Notes: generated from the sequence alone by a model not told the origin. A stretch of DNA of 32,000 nucleotides from Aeropyrum pernix K1 (GCF_000011125.1 NC_000854.2:930001-962000); one strand, 5' to 3'; shown: positions 16,549 to 25,151, counted from the stretch's first letter. Numbers and translations are program-made.

Positions 16549-17248
16549 CTACCTCGTGTTAACCCCTAGCGAGGACCTCGCAATAGAGCTGCACAAGCTC
16601 CTGGGGGGGAGCACGTTCTGGATACCGGTTATGGGGTTTAGAGAAGTCGAAGGGTGGCGGAATTCCCTCTTGAGGGCGCTGCGCCGGTGCCCTGTCCTGG
16701 GTATAACCAGCCCCCGCGGGGCCGAGCTGCTTGCTAGGGCCCCGGAGGTCCTCGAGGCTGCGGAGAGGGTGTATGCCGTCGGCCCGCAGACGGCGAGGGT
16801 GCTAGTGGAGATGGCGGGTGTGAAGCCGGTTGTACCCAGCAGTGGTTACAGCGTATCCTCCATGCTTAAGGAGGCGGAGGCTGCTGGTGAGAGGTGTATC
16901 GTGCTGGCGAGGAGCAAGGCTGGCCTGGGCAAGGGTGTTGAGGGGGTTGGGCTCAGGGTCTTGGAGGAGGCTGTGTACGAGCCGGTTATTAGGAGGGAGA
17001 TGCTGGAGGAGGCTGCTAGGCTGAAAGTTGACGTAGCGATACTGACGAGCGGGGAGATAGCGAGGATGTACTGTAGAGCCCTTGAGAAGGGGGGCGGCGG
17101 TGCAGGGGGGTATGTGGCAATAGGAGTATCGACAGCGCTTGCCGCCTCCTCGTGCCCGCCCAGGCCCCTCTGCGTCCCCTCCTCGGCGAGGAGGGAGGAG
17201 CTGGCCCGAGCGGCTCTAGCCCTCTGCAGGCTTCTCAAGAGCGGCTAG
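16526..17248 (+). CDS. hemD: Uroporphyrinogen-III synthase
   Basis: About 230-240 aa with a HemD-like two-lobe pattern (LGITSPRGAELL ... VYAVGPQTARVL ... AILTSGEIARMY). It either overlaps the sirC 3' end or starts at the GTG at 16556, 8 nt after it. Confidence 0.65.
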   Translation: MSREPACSYLVLTPSEDLAIELHKLLGGSTFWIPVMGFREVEGWRNSLLRALRRCPVLGITSPRGAELLARAPEVLEAAERVYAVGPQTARVLVEMAGVKPVVPSSGYSVSSMLKEAEAAGERCIVLARSKAGLGKGVEGVGLRVLEEAVYEPVIRREMLEEAARLKVDVAILTSGEIARMYCRALEKGGGGAGGYVAIGVSTALAASSCPPRPLCVPSSARREELARAALALCRLLKSG

Positions 17249-17824
17249 CCCTTCTATCCACTCCTCGAGAAGCCCCCCGAGCCAGGATAGGAGGTATGGC
17301 ACTTTTCTCGAAGGCTGGCACGACTCGACCGCCCTGGACGCCCTTCCGGGGAGGAGGCTCGAGGAGGCCATGCACTCTAGACACTTTACATCGCTGATGC
17401 TCACCAGCTCAACCCTCGCGCCGGTGGCGGCGGCCAGTCTCGAAGCTATCTCCCCCAGGTCCTCCCTCTGCTCCTCCTTAAACCTCTTGGCAGGCCAGTA
17501 AACTATACCCACCTCCCTGCACCCTTTGAACGCGGGCGCAAGGGCCCTGGCCGTTAGGCTCGGTGGAATGGGGCCTACGTGCCTGGCACCCGCCTCCCTA
17601 GCTGCCTCGTCCACAGTGTAGAGGTGGCCTCCCCTCGCGGGCAGAAGGCTCACGACAAGGTCGCCCTGGTTGAAGACTCTCCCGCCCATACTCTCAACCT
17701 CCTTGATCTGGACAGTGTCAACCCTTACTCCAAGCTTTCTAGCCAGCCTTGCCGCGAGGTCCTCAACAAGCCTTGCAGACTCGGGGTCGCCGGGCTCGTG
17801 ATATACTAGTACAATCCTACCCAT
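17216..17824 (-). CDS. Putative CbiX/SirB-like chelatase
   Basis: 202 aa. IVLVYHEPGD... and VVSLLPARGGHLYTV loosely resemble the CbiX HGS and PLFLxxGxH motifs, and the tetrapyrrole gene context supports the call. Its 3' end overlaps the convergent hemD by 33 nt. Confidence 0.4.
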   Translation of the reverse strand: MGRIVLVYHEPGDPESARLVEDLAARLARKLGVRVDTVQIKEVESMGGRVFNQGDLVVSLLPARGGHLYTVDEAAREAGARHVGPIPPSLTARALAPAFKGCREVGIVYWPAKRFKEEQREDLGEIASRLAAATGARVELVSISDVKCLECMASSSLLPGRASRAVESCQPSRKVPYLLSWLGGLLEEWIEGLAALEKPAEG

Positions 17825-17825
17825 G

Positions 17826-18806
17826 CTACAACACCCCCGCGAGTCTAAGGCTCTTTAGAGGCGCCTCCGGGCTCTCCCCCACCTCCTCTATGTATATCCT
17901 CCTGATCTCCTCGACAACACTCCTGGGCAGCTGGAGGGTGCTCTCCGGCGAAACGTACTCCACAAGCCTCTCCCTGCTCCTAGCTATGAGTACTACCGAG
18001 TCGACGGGCGCGCTGGAGAGTATGAAGGCTATGGCCTTCTGCCCCGGGGTGCCCGGGAGGCCCTCGAGGAGGGGCTTCATTCTCCCGTAGACCCTGAAGG
18101 CCCACCTATACCACCCCCGGCGCCTCAGGCTCCTATGGTCGCTAAGCTTCTCAGCCTCGCTAGGCGTTATGCTCTCGTCTAGCACTCCTCCAGCGTGAGG
18201 TACCCTGGCTACAGCGGCTACCCCCCTCTCTCTGGCCCACGCCGCTATCGTGTAGCCGGGCTCCTGCTCAAGCATGTTGTAGACGAACTGGACTGCCTCG
18301 ACCTCGCTGTGGGACACCGCCTCGAGGGCCTCCTCTGCAACGTCAGTCTCGGGGCCTAGGGCTATGCCTCCCATGCCTATGAGCCCCTCCCTCCTGGCCC
18401 AGGAGAGGAAGCGGTAGATCTCGCCACCCCTGAGGACCTCCAGGGGGGGATTGTGTATGTAGAGGAGGTCTACACTCTCCACCCCCAGCCTCTCGAGGCT
18501 CCTCCGGAGCGCCTTTTCAAGGTACTCCCTATCATACCGCCTAACAGGCCTGCCCCCGCTGTAGAAATCGTACCCCACCTTCGTAGCAACGAAGACGCCT
18601 CTCCCCCCTGGAAACGCCTCCCCTAGCAGGCGCTCCCCCAGCCCGTTACCATAGACGTCGGCCGTGTCGAAGTGCTCCACCCCGAGGCTCCTCGCAAACC
18701 TTAGAATGGCGAGGGCTTCACCCGGCTCGACGCTTCCATACATGCCTGTCAGGCTGTAGACTCCATAAGCCAGCTTAGACGCCGGCATCTTGGTAGACCT
18801 GCTCAA
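17826..18806 (-). CDS. Aldo/keto reductase family oxidoreductase
   Basis: About 320 aa with FDTADVYGNGLGERLLGEA and other typical AKR N-terminal motifs. The ATG at 18788 is an alternative to the TTG at 18806. Its stop is 1 nt from the downstream CbiX-like ATG. Confidence 0.8.
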   Translation of the reverse strand: MSRSTKMPASKLAYGVYSLTGMYGSVEPGEALAILRFARSLGVEHFDTADVYGNGLGERLLGEAFPGGRGVFVATKVGYDFYSGGRPVRRYDREYLEKALRRSLERLGVESVDLLYIHNPPLEVLRGGEIYRFLSWARREGLIGMGGIALGPETDVAEEALEAVSHSEVEAVQFVYNMLEQEPGYTIAAWARERGVAAVARVPHAGGVLDESITPSEAEKLSDHRSLRRRGWYRWAFRVYGRMKPLLEGLPGTPGQKAIAFILSSAPVDSVVLIARSRERLVEYVSPESTLQLPRSVVEEIRRIYIEEVGESPEAPLKSLRLAGVL

Positions 18807-19094
18807 CAGGCTACTCCCCGGTATTGAAGGTGCTCTAGCACAGGCTGTTTAGCACCTGTAAGTATCTGCATTAACACCGCTAAACAACCGCCCCAGGAGG
18901 GGGCAGCTTGTATATAGGGTGTTAGGGGTTGGGAGGGGCGGCTTGTTTCCACTTGAAGTTAACTCCCACAGCTCCAGAGGAAGGATTAGATGCTATCTTG
19001 TCAATCGCAAAACACCCGGTATTACTGGCGTATAGCAGCCCGAGATTCCCCTAAAACTTCGGGACTCCTTACATCTCCACGGTGAAGCGCCGGG

Positions 19095-19331
19095 ATGAGG
19101 CTCGTAACAGTAAAGATGCCCGAGATGTATGTCAAGGGTATCGACGAGCTAGTCAGAGCCGGGAGATACAGCAGCCGGAGTGAAGTGATCAGGATAGCAG
19201 TTAGGGAGCTGCTCAAGAGGGAGTTATGGGGGACGGCTGCTCCAACAGTAGGCATACCCCTCGCCCGGGTCGGGCTGGAGCCCCTGGGAGCGGGGATAGA
19301 AGAAGAGTCGCTCCAGCAACCCGAGTTTTAG
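19095..19331 (+). CDS. Ribbon-helix-helix (CopG/NikR-N-like) DNA-binding protein
   Basis: 78 aa. MRLVTVKMPEMYVKGIDELVRAGRYSSRSEVIRIAVRELLKRE shows the beta-strand/helix/helix RHH pattern. Confidence 0.75.
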   Translation: MRLVTVKMPEMYVKGIDELVRAGRYSSRSEVIRIAVRELLKRELWGTAAPTVGIPLARVGLEPLGAGIEEESLQQPEF

Positions 19332-19481
19332 CCTTCCCGGGGCCGCACCTCAGTCCTGGGGGCCCGGAGCCTTAGGGCGGGCCTCTGCGACTTCATAACA
19401 CCACATTCTGCCTAGCATGGAACGATGCCGGAGAAAACCCCCTTTTCTCTCCTCGAGGAAAGCTGTTTCAAGACAGGTAGC

Positions 19482-20468
19482 CTACCTTATGTAGCCGGGC
19501 TTCAAGTCTTCGAGGCTGAATATGGCCATGGCGTCCCTCGGCCTACACTTGGCTTTGGCCTCCTCCAGAACCATGTTTATCCTCTCCTTGCTCGTCGCGT
19601 GGACCATGAAGTAGCATATGTGCCTCCAAGCGCCCGGCGGGTAGCTCTCCCTGAGGACAACGTGGGTGCTGTACGGCAACTCGGCCGCCCTAACGCAAGT
19701 CTCCTCGCCACCCCCCTCAGGCTCCATAACAACCATAGCATTCTCGGTGAACCCTGCCTTGTGACCGTCAAGGGCCAGGCCCGGGTCCATCAGAACGCCC
19801 TTGTCGAGCAGGAGCTTAACCTGGCTGAGGACCTCGTCCACACTAATACCGAGCCTCTCAGCCGCGTGTGAGTAGGGATTAAGGTTGAGATGTAGCACCC
19901 TCACCAGCCTCGGGAGCAGGGGGTCTACCCCGAGGTCCTCAAGCTTTGGCGGCTTCTCCTCCACCCGCCAATACCGGCCGCTCCTCGATATACCCTCCCT
20001 CAGGTCGTACTTGACGCTAAGCTTGTACGTCTTCCTGCTGAAGAGTGCTATCCAATCCTTGACATCCACCTTTCTGGCGGCCTCGTCAACCGCTCTGAGA
20101 AGCTCCTCCCTGGTGGGCCTCTTGATCACTATCCAAACATTGTAGACGGGGTGGTTCCTCAGGTAGTTGTGGGTGACATCCGGGTCTCCGCGGAAGAGGT
20201 TAGCGAGCTCTCTGTACCTTTCTCCAGCGGCGAAGGCGACTAGCGCGGCGGTCTTGCCCTGGGCGCGGTAGTTATAGTAGAAGCCGATTCTCTTAACTAT
20301 CCCCGCCTTGGCAAGCTCCTTCAGCCTCTCCACAGCCTTCTCCGGGCTGAGTCCCACGCTCCTGGCCGCGTCTCCTATAGGGTCTGGGGTTAGCTGGAAG
20401 TTGTACTGGAGCTCCATAAGAAGGTCTATATCCTTTTCGCTGAGAAGCTGGGCCATGCCTGAAGCCAT
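19482..20468 (-). CDS. Fused AhbA/AhbB-type (NirD/L/G/H family) siroheme decarboxylase
   Basis: 328 aa comprising two Lrp/AsnC-like HTH plus effector-like repeats (LSEKDIDLLMELQYNFQLTPDPIGDAARSVGLSPEKAVERLKELAKAGIVKRIG..., and a second repeat from LPRLVRVLHLNLNPY...). It sits in a tetrapyrrole gene context. Confidence 0.7.
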   Translation of the reverse strand: MASGMAQLLSEKDIDLLMELQYNFQLTPDPIGDAARSVGLSPEKAVERLKELAKAGIVKRIGFYYNYRAQGKTAALVAFAAGERYRELANLFRGDPDVTHNYLRNHPVYNVWIVIKRPTREELLRAVDEAARKVDVKDWIALFSRKTYKLSVKYDLREGISRSGRYWRVEEKPPKLEDLGVDPLLPRLVRVLHLNLNPYSHAAERLGISVDEVLSQVKLLLDKGVLMDPGLALDGHKAGFTENAMVVMEPEGGGEETCVRAAELPYSTHVVLRESYPPGAWRHICYFMVHATSKERINMVLEEAKAKCRPRDAMAIFSLEDLKPGYIR

Positions 20469-20558
20469 GACTTAGCAGCCCATATCCGAGGCTGTTGCCG
20501 CGGCGGCCTGTTAAGCCTATGTACGTATCGGTTGAGCCCTAGTATAGCGCCGCCTAGA

Positions 20559-21794
20559 TCAGTCTATGACGAACTTGTAACCCATGTCTCTGAGGTCCTC
20601 TAGAAGCTCGAAGAGGAGCATGCGCTCTGGCACTTCGAGCACGATTGTAACCCTCGCCATACCAGGGCTTATCCTGGGGTGGAGCCTGTCATGTATAATG
20701 TCTACAACATTGCACCTCTTCTCCGCTATCACCTCCAGAACCTTGTATAGCTGGCCCGGGATGTCGGGTATCACACCCGTTATCCTAGCTATCCTACCCT
20801 CCCTGGCGAGGCCAACCAGTATAACCTTCTCTATGCTTGTAAGGTCCGCGTTCCCCCCGCTAACTATTACAAGGGTCTTACCCTTGGGCTTCACCACCCT
20901 GGCAAGAAGGGCTGCCACGCCCGCGGCTCCGGCACCCTCAGCCAGAATCTTAGACCTCTCGAGGAGGAGGTACATGGCGCTCGCTATCTCATGCTCGTCC
21001 ACAGCCACAACCTTGTCGACAAGATGCTTCACTATGGGGTAGGTGAGCCTACCCGGCTTCTTGGTCACAAGCCCGTCGGCCAGGCTATGGGTGACTTCAA
21101 CCTCTATCGGCTTCCCCTCCTTGAAGCTCTCTACGAACTTGGGCGCAGCCTCCGCCTCAACACCTATGACCTTGACGCCGGGCATCAGCTTCCGCACAAC
21201 CGAGACTACACCAGAGATCAAACCGCCCCCGCCTACAGGCACTATCACCGTGTCGAACTTACCCCCCTGCTCGTAGGCCTCCCACGCTATAGTCCCGTTT
21301 CCAGCCATTATCTCGGGATCGTCGAAGGGGTGGACAAGCATGTATCCCCTCTCCTCCGCTATCTTCTCGGCGAGCTTAAACGCCTCGTCCACAACCCGGC
21401 CGTGCAGCACTACCTCAGCCCCGTACGACCTGGTAGCCTTAACCTTGGCTGGCGGGGCCAGCTCGGGCATGACTATAACGCTCTTGAGCCCGTAGAAGCT
21501 AGCGGCGTACGCAACACCCTGGGCATGGTTCCCGGCTGAGGCGGCGACCACTCCCTCCACACTGCCCTTCTCCAGCGCCCTGCCCAGCTTGAAAAGAGGT
21601 CCTCTCACCTTGAAGCTCCCGGTCTTCTGGAGGTTCTCGAGCTTCAGGTAAACCTCAGCCCCAGTTATCCTCGAGAGGGTGGTGCTCTTGTCTAGGGGTG
21701 TTACGTGGGCACCCCTGGCTACGTAGCCTCTGGCCTCAGAGCTGAGTCTAAATATCTCGTCCGCCAGCCTGAGAGCCTCTACTTCCTCCGACAA
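20559..21794 (-). CDS. ilvA: Threonine ammonia-lyase (threonine dehydratase) with a C-terminal ACT-like domain
   Basis: 411 aa with the PLP-lysine motif LENLQKTGSFKVRG and the glycine loop VPVGGGGLISG. A regulatory C-terminal domain of about 80 aa follows. Confidence 0.85.
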   Translation of the reverse strand: MSEEVEALRLADEIFRLSSEARGYVARGAHVTPLDKSTTLSRITGAEVYLKLENLQKTGSFKVRGPLFKLGRALEKGSVEGVVAASAGNHAQGVAYAASFYGLKSVIVMPELAPPAKVKATRSYGAEVVLHGRVVDEAFKLAEKIAEERGYMLVHPFDDPEIMAGNGTIAWEAYEQGGKFDTVIVPVGGGGLISGVVSVVRKLMPGVKVIGVEAEAAPKFVESFKEGKPIEVEVTHSLADGLVTKKPGRLTYPIVKHLVDKVVAVDEHEIASAMYLLLERSKILAEGAGAAGVAALLARVVKPKGKTLVIVSGGNADLTSIEKVILVGLAREGRIARITGVIPDIPGQLYKVLEVIAEKRCNVVDIIHDRLHPRISPGMARVTIVLEVPERMLLFELLEDLRDMGYKFVID

Positions 21795-22180
21795 GTGTAC
21801 AGCACCGCTTCAACCTCGAGAGGGGCGCCGAGGGGAAGAGCCGCGACCCCCACTACAGCTCTAGCTGGATACGGCCTGTTAAAATATTCCCTATAGACCT
21901 CGTTAAACTCGGAGAACCTGCTAATGTCGGTTATGTATACCGTTACCTTGACGATATCGTCCATACTATACCCGGCCCCCTCAACTATAGCCTTGAGATT
22001 GTCGAGAGCCCTCTTTGCGGACTCTTTAAAACCGCCCTCTTCTAGAGCACCGGTCTCCGGGTTTATCGGTATCTGGCCGGAGACAAACATGAAACAGCCC
22101 GACTCGACAGCCTGGCTGTATGGTCCCACAGGCTTTGGAGCCGTCTCCACAAATACCTCTCTCTTAACCTCGCCCGACAA
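21779..22180 (-). CDS. ridA: RidA/YjgF-family reactive enamine/imine deaminase
   Basis: APKPVGPYSQAV...VSGQIP is the RidA signature. The track ORF starts at the ATG at 22213, but that codon lies only about 5-15 nt from the TATA element at 22218-22229. The TTG at 22180 (MSGEVKREVF...) gives a normal-length protein and leader. Its 3' end overlaps the ilvA start by 16 nt. Confidence 0.8.
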   Translation of the reverse strand: MSGEVKREVFVETAPKPVGPYSQAVESGCFMFVSGQIPINPETGALEEGGFKESAKRALDNLKAIVEGAGYSMDDIVKVTVYITDISRFSEFNEVYREYFNRPYPARAVVGVAALPLGAPLEVEAVLYTCRRK

Positions 22181-22217
22181 CCCCCAGGACCCTAGTGTTG
22201 ATAATAGATACAAAGCA

Positions 22218-22229
22218 TTTTTAAATAAA
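22218..22229 (-). promoter_or_regulatory. Strong TATA element (minus strand CTTTATTTAAAAAT) for ridA-ilvA
   Basis: Read directly. It is the most AT-rich dodecamer at the edge of the 22181-22458 AT-rich gap. Confidence 0.55.
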
Positions 22230-22458
22230 GGCCATTAGATATATGGAGGTATTGAAAATGCTCCACTGATTAACTCTTAAGTTAACCCCCACAGTATTCT
22301 TTCAAAATACGATATTACGTTTAACGATCATGCATTGAATTGATCCTGACAGTTTAGCTCGAGACCAGGTTGTCCTTTTCTGCCGCGGCTTCCGGCTCGA
22401 AGGGATTCGTGTAAAGCTTATTGTGCCCTTCCCTCTACTAAAGAACGTTTAGGATAAG

Positions 22459-23004
22459 GTGTTGGTGCAGGGTTTCGAGGAGGATCTGGCGTTTCTAGGG
22501 TGGATAGCGTTGACTCTCGGCTCAAACCCACTAGTCCCCTATGTGCCTACGAGGCCCGAGCTCATACCAAAGATCCTCGAGCTCCTTGATCTGAAGGAGG
22601 ACGATGTCTTCTACGACCTAGGCTGTGGTGATGGCAGGGTCGTCATAGAGGCTGTTAAGAAGACAAGGGTGAAAAAGGCTGTCTGCGTCGAGACTAGGGA
22701 CGACCTGGTGAAGGAGGCTAGGAAGAAGGCTGAGGAGGAGGGTGTCTCGGATAGGATTGAGTTCATTAATAACGACTTTTTCAAGACCCCTCTGAAGGAT
22801 GCTACGGCGGTTTACATGTATCTCCTCACCAGCGTCAACGAGAGCCTCAAGCCGAAGCTTGCGCGCGAGCTACGGGATGGAACGAGGATCGTTACACTAG
22901 ACTTCCCCATACCCGGGTGGAAGCCGGTTAAGGTTGAGACCGCCACTACGGGGTGGCAGAGGAGCCTATACCTCTATGTTAAGGGTGTCTCCGACAGGGC
23001 ATAG
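22459..23004 (+). CDS. Small class-I SAM methyltransferase resembling the crenarchaeal protein lysine methyltransferase aKMT
   Basis: VPYVPTRPE...VFYDLGCGDGRVVIEA...KKAVCVE...MYLLTSVNESLKPKLARELRDGTRIV...IPGWKP...SLYLYV follows, block by block, the Sulfolobus aKMT sequence as I remember it. The N-terminal 17-20 residues may not be translated, since the TTG at 22510 is an alternative start. Confidence 0.65.
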   Translation: MLVQGFEEDLAFLGWIALTLGSNPLVPYVPTRPELIPKILELLDLKEDDVFYDLGCGDGRVVIEAVKKTRVKKAVCVETRDDLVKEARKKAEEEGVSDRIEFINNDFFKTPLKDATAVYMYLLTSVNESLKPKLARELRDGTRIVTLDFPIPGWKPVKVETATTGWQRSLYLYVKGVSDRA

Positions 23005-23060
23005 AGACGTTCCATTCCTAGCGCTTTTAACCTCGAAGCTATACAGTCTCCCCTATTAGG

Positions 23061-23816
23061 GTGTATAGCTTGGTCGACAGAGTCAAGACAGGCATTCCCG
23101 GGATGGATGATATCTTGTACGGGGGGATACCCCGTAGGAACGTTGTGCTGCTGAGCGGAGGACCTGGCACCGGGAAGTCTATATTCTCGTACCAGTACCT
23201 CTGGAACGGGCTTAGGGAGGGAGAGCCCGGCGTCTTCGTCGCCCTGGAGGAGCACCCGGTCCAGGTCAGGATTAACATGGCGCAGTTCGGATGGGATGTT
23301 AGGGAGTATGAGAGGCAGGGCCTCTTCGCCGTTGTCGACGCGTTCACAAGCGGGATAGGAGAGGCTGCTAAGAAGGAGAGGTATGTTGTTACCGACCCCG
23401 AGGACGTTGGGCTTCTTATAGATGTCCTGAAGGAGGCTATAAGGGATGTCGGGGCCAAGAGGGTTGCTGTGGACAGCGTCTCAACACTCTACCTCGCTAA
23501 ACCGGTTCTGGCTAGGAGAACTGTGATGCTCCTGAAGCGGGTGTTGTCCGGTCTAGGCACTACTAGCATACTGGTGAGCCAGGTCTCCGTGACGGAGAGG
23601 GGTTTCGGGGGGCCTGGTGTCGAGCACGCTGCCGACGGCATAATCAGGCTCGACCTCGACGAGGTTGACGGGGAGCTTGTGAGAAGCCTTATTATTTGGA
23701 AGATGAGGGGGACGAAGCACAGCATGAGGCGCCACCCCTTCGAGATCACTGATAAAGGGATAATAGTTTATCCCGACAAGGTCGTGAGGATCGGCCGCCG
23801 GGTATCTATAGAGTAG
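23061..23816 (+). CDS. Single-domain KaiC-like / RecA-superfamily ATPase
   Basis: 251 aa. [32 protein letters not shown] (Walker A) and the overall layout are typical of the archaeal KaiC-like COG0467 family. Confidence 0.85.
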   Translation: MYSLVDRVKTGIPGMDDILYGGIPRRNVVLLSGGPGTGKSIFSYQYLWNGLREGEPGVFVALEEHPVQVRINMAQFGWDVREYERQGLFAVVDAFTSGIGEAAKKERYVVTDPEDVGLLIDVLKEAIRDVGAKRVAVDSVSTLYLAKPVLARRTVMLLKRVLSGLGTTSILVSQVSVTERGFGGPGVEHAADGIIRLDLDEVDGELVRSLIIWKMRGTKHSMRRHPFEITDKGIIVYPDKVVRIGRRVSIE

Positions 23817-25151
23817 ATGCCGGGAGTGCCCTATAGGGTGGACTCCGTCTTGGCAGGGAATTCTGGCCACACTATCGACACTCTGCTCCTCACCTTCGAC
23901 GACGTAGCCATACTACCCGGTCTGAGCACAGTGGAGCCTCACGACGTGGAGCTCTCCAGCAGGGTGAGTAGGAGCATATTCGTGAGCACACCCCTCGTCT
24001 CCAGCCCTATGGATACCGTGACGGAGTGGAGAATGGCCGCCGCCCTTGCGAGGCTTGGAGCCGTGGGGGTAATACACAGGAACATGCCGCGGGAGGAGCA
24101 GGCAAGGCATGTAAGCATGGTTAAGAGCGTTTCTCCATCGCCTTGGAGCGAGGTGCCCAGGATTAGGCTGCCAGACGGGCTGGAGAACTACTCCCTGATC
24201 CTGGAGGAGCTTGACGCTGGAGCAGCCGTAGTTTTCGGCGACGACGGTATAAAGGGGTATCTAGTACTCGAAAGGCCCGACGCCCAGCTGTGGCTAGAGA
24301 AGGCGAGGTATCTCAGCCTCTACCTGACGAGGATTAGGCCCTTCCCCACGATAGATGGTGAGGGAAGGCTCGTGGTGGGAGCCGCTGTCAGCCCCTTCGA
24401 CCTTGACAGGGCGAGGCTTCTTGAAAAGAGTGGCGCGGACTTTCTAGTCATCGATGTGGCCCACCTCCACAACAGAAACGCTCTCTCAAGCCTTTCCAGG
24501 CTCGTGAAGGAGGTGTCCATCGATGTCGTCGCCGGGAATCTAGGCACCAGGGAAGGGGTTCTGGACACTCTAGCCAGGGCCGAGGAGGTGGCTGGCCTGA
24601 GGATGGGTATATCCAGCGGCAGTATATGCAGCACAGGCGAGGTTGCTGGCGCTGCAGTACCTACCCTGACTGCGGTTATGAACGCGGTCTTAGCCCTAGA
24701 GGAACTGGGCCTCGCCGGGAGGATACCCATAATCGCTGACGGGGGGGTGAGGAATGCTGGCGACGCCGCGAAGGCGATAATAGCGGGGGCCTCTGCCGTC
24801 ATGGGGGGCAGGCTCTTCGCGGGAGCCGACGAGAGCCCGGGCCCCAGGATAAGGGTTGGCGACAAGCTTTACAAGCCCTACCGCGGCATGGCGAGTAGAG
24901 GGGCTATGGAGAGGAGGTTCGCCGTAGACCGTTACTCGAGGCAGGCAAAGGCGGTTGAGGAGGGTGTGGAGGGGCTAGTGCCTTACACAGGCCCAGTTGT
25001 CAAGACGCTCTACGAGCTGGCGGAGGGGCTGAAGGCGGCGCTCGGCTATGCAGGTGCCCAGGACGTGACCTCGGCCTGGAAGGCCAAGCTAGCCAGGGTC
25101 ACGCCGACGGGCTCCAGGGAGATTAGGCCTCACGACATACTCCTAGGGTGA
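23817..25151 (+). CDS. guaB: IMP dehydrogenase family protein with a shortened Bateman (CBS) insert
   Basis: LTFDDVAILPG, SSPMDTVTE, GVIHRN, the catalytic-loop-like GISSGSICST, IADGGVRNAGD, YRGMAS and EGVEGLVPY are all IMPDH blocks. Its ATG immediately follows the KaiC-like stop codon. Confidence 0.75.
   Translation: MPGVPYRVDSVLAGNSGHTIDTLLLTFDDVAILPGLSTVEPHDVELSSRVSRSIFVSTPLVSSPMDTVTEWRMAAALARLGAVGVIHRNMPREEQARHVSMVKSVSPSPWSEVPRIRLPDGLENYSLILEELDAGAAVVFGDDGIKGYLVLERPDAQLWLEKARYLSLYLTRIRPFPTIDGEGRLVVGAAVSPFDLDRARLLEKSGADFLVIDVAHLHNRNALSSLSRLVKEVSIDVVAGNLGTREGVLDTLARAEEVAGLRMGISSGSICSTGEVAGAAVPTLTAVMNAVLALEELGLAGRIPIIADGGVRNAGDAAKAIIAGASAVMGGRLFAGADESPGPRIRVGDKLYKPYRGMASRGAMERRFAVDRYSRQAKAVEEGVEGLVPYTGPVVKTLYELAEGLKAALGYAGAQDVTSAWKAKLARVTPTGSREIRPHDILLG

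Noticed and set aside
22181-22213. ATG at 22213 as the ridA start codon
   Set aside because: It lies essentially on top of the TATA element (22218-22229), and the extra MYLLSTLGSWG peptide is not RidA-like. The TTG at 22180 is preferred.
22255-22275. Possible origin-recognition-box (ORB)-like sequence GCTCCACTGATTAAC in the AT-rich island, suggesting a replication origin
   Set aside because: There is only one weak match to my recollection of the crenarchaeal ORB core (TCCAGTGGAAAC). No inverted ORB pair, no G-string element and no adjacent orc1/cdc6 gene are present, so the evidence is insufficient.
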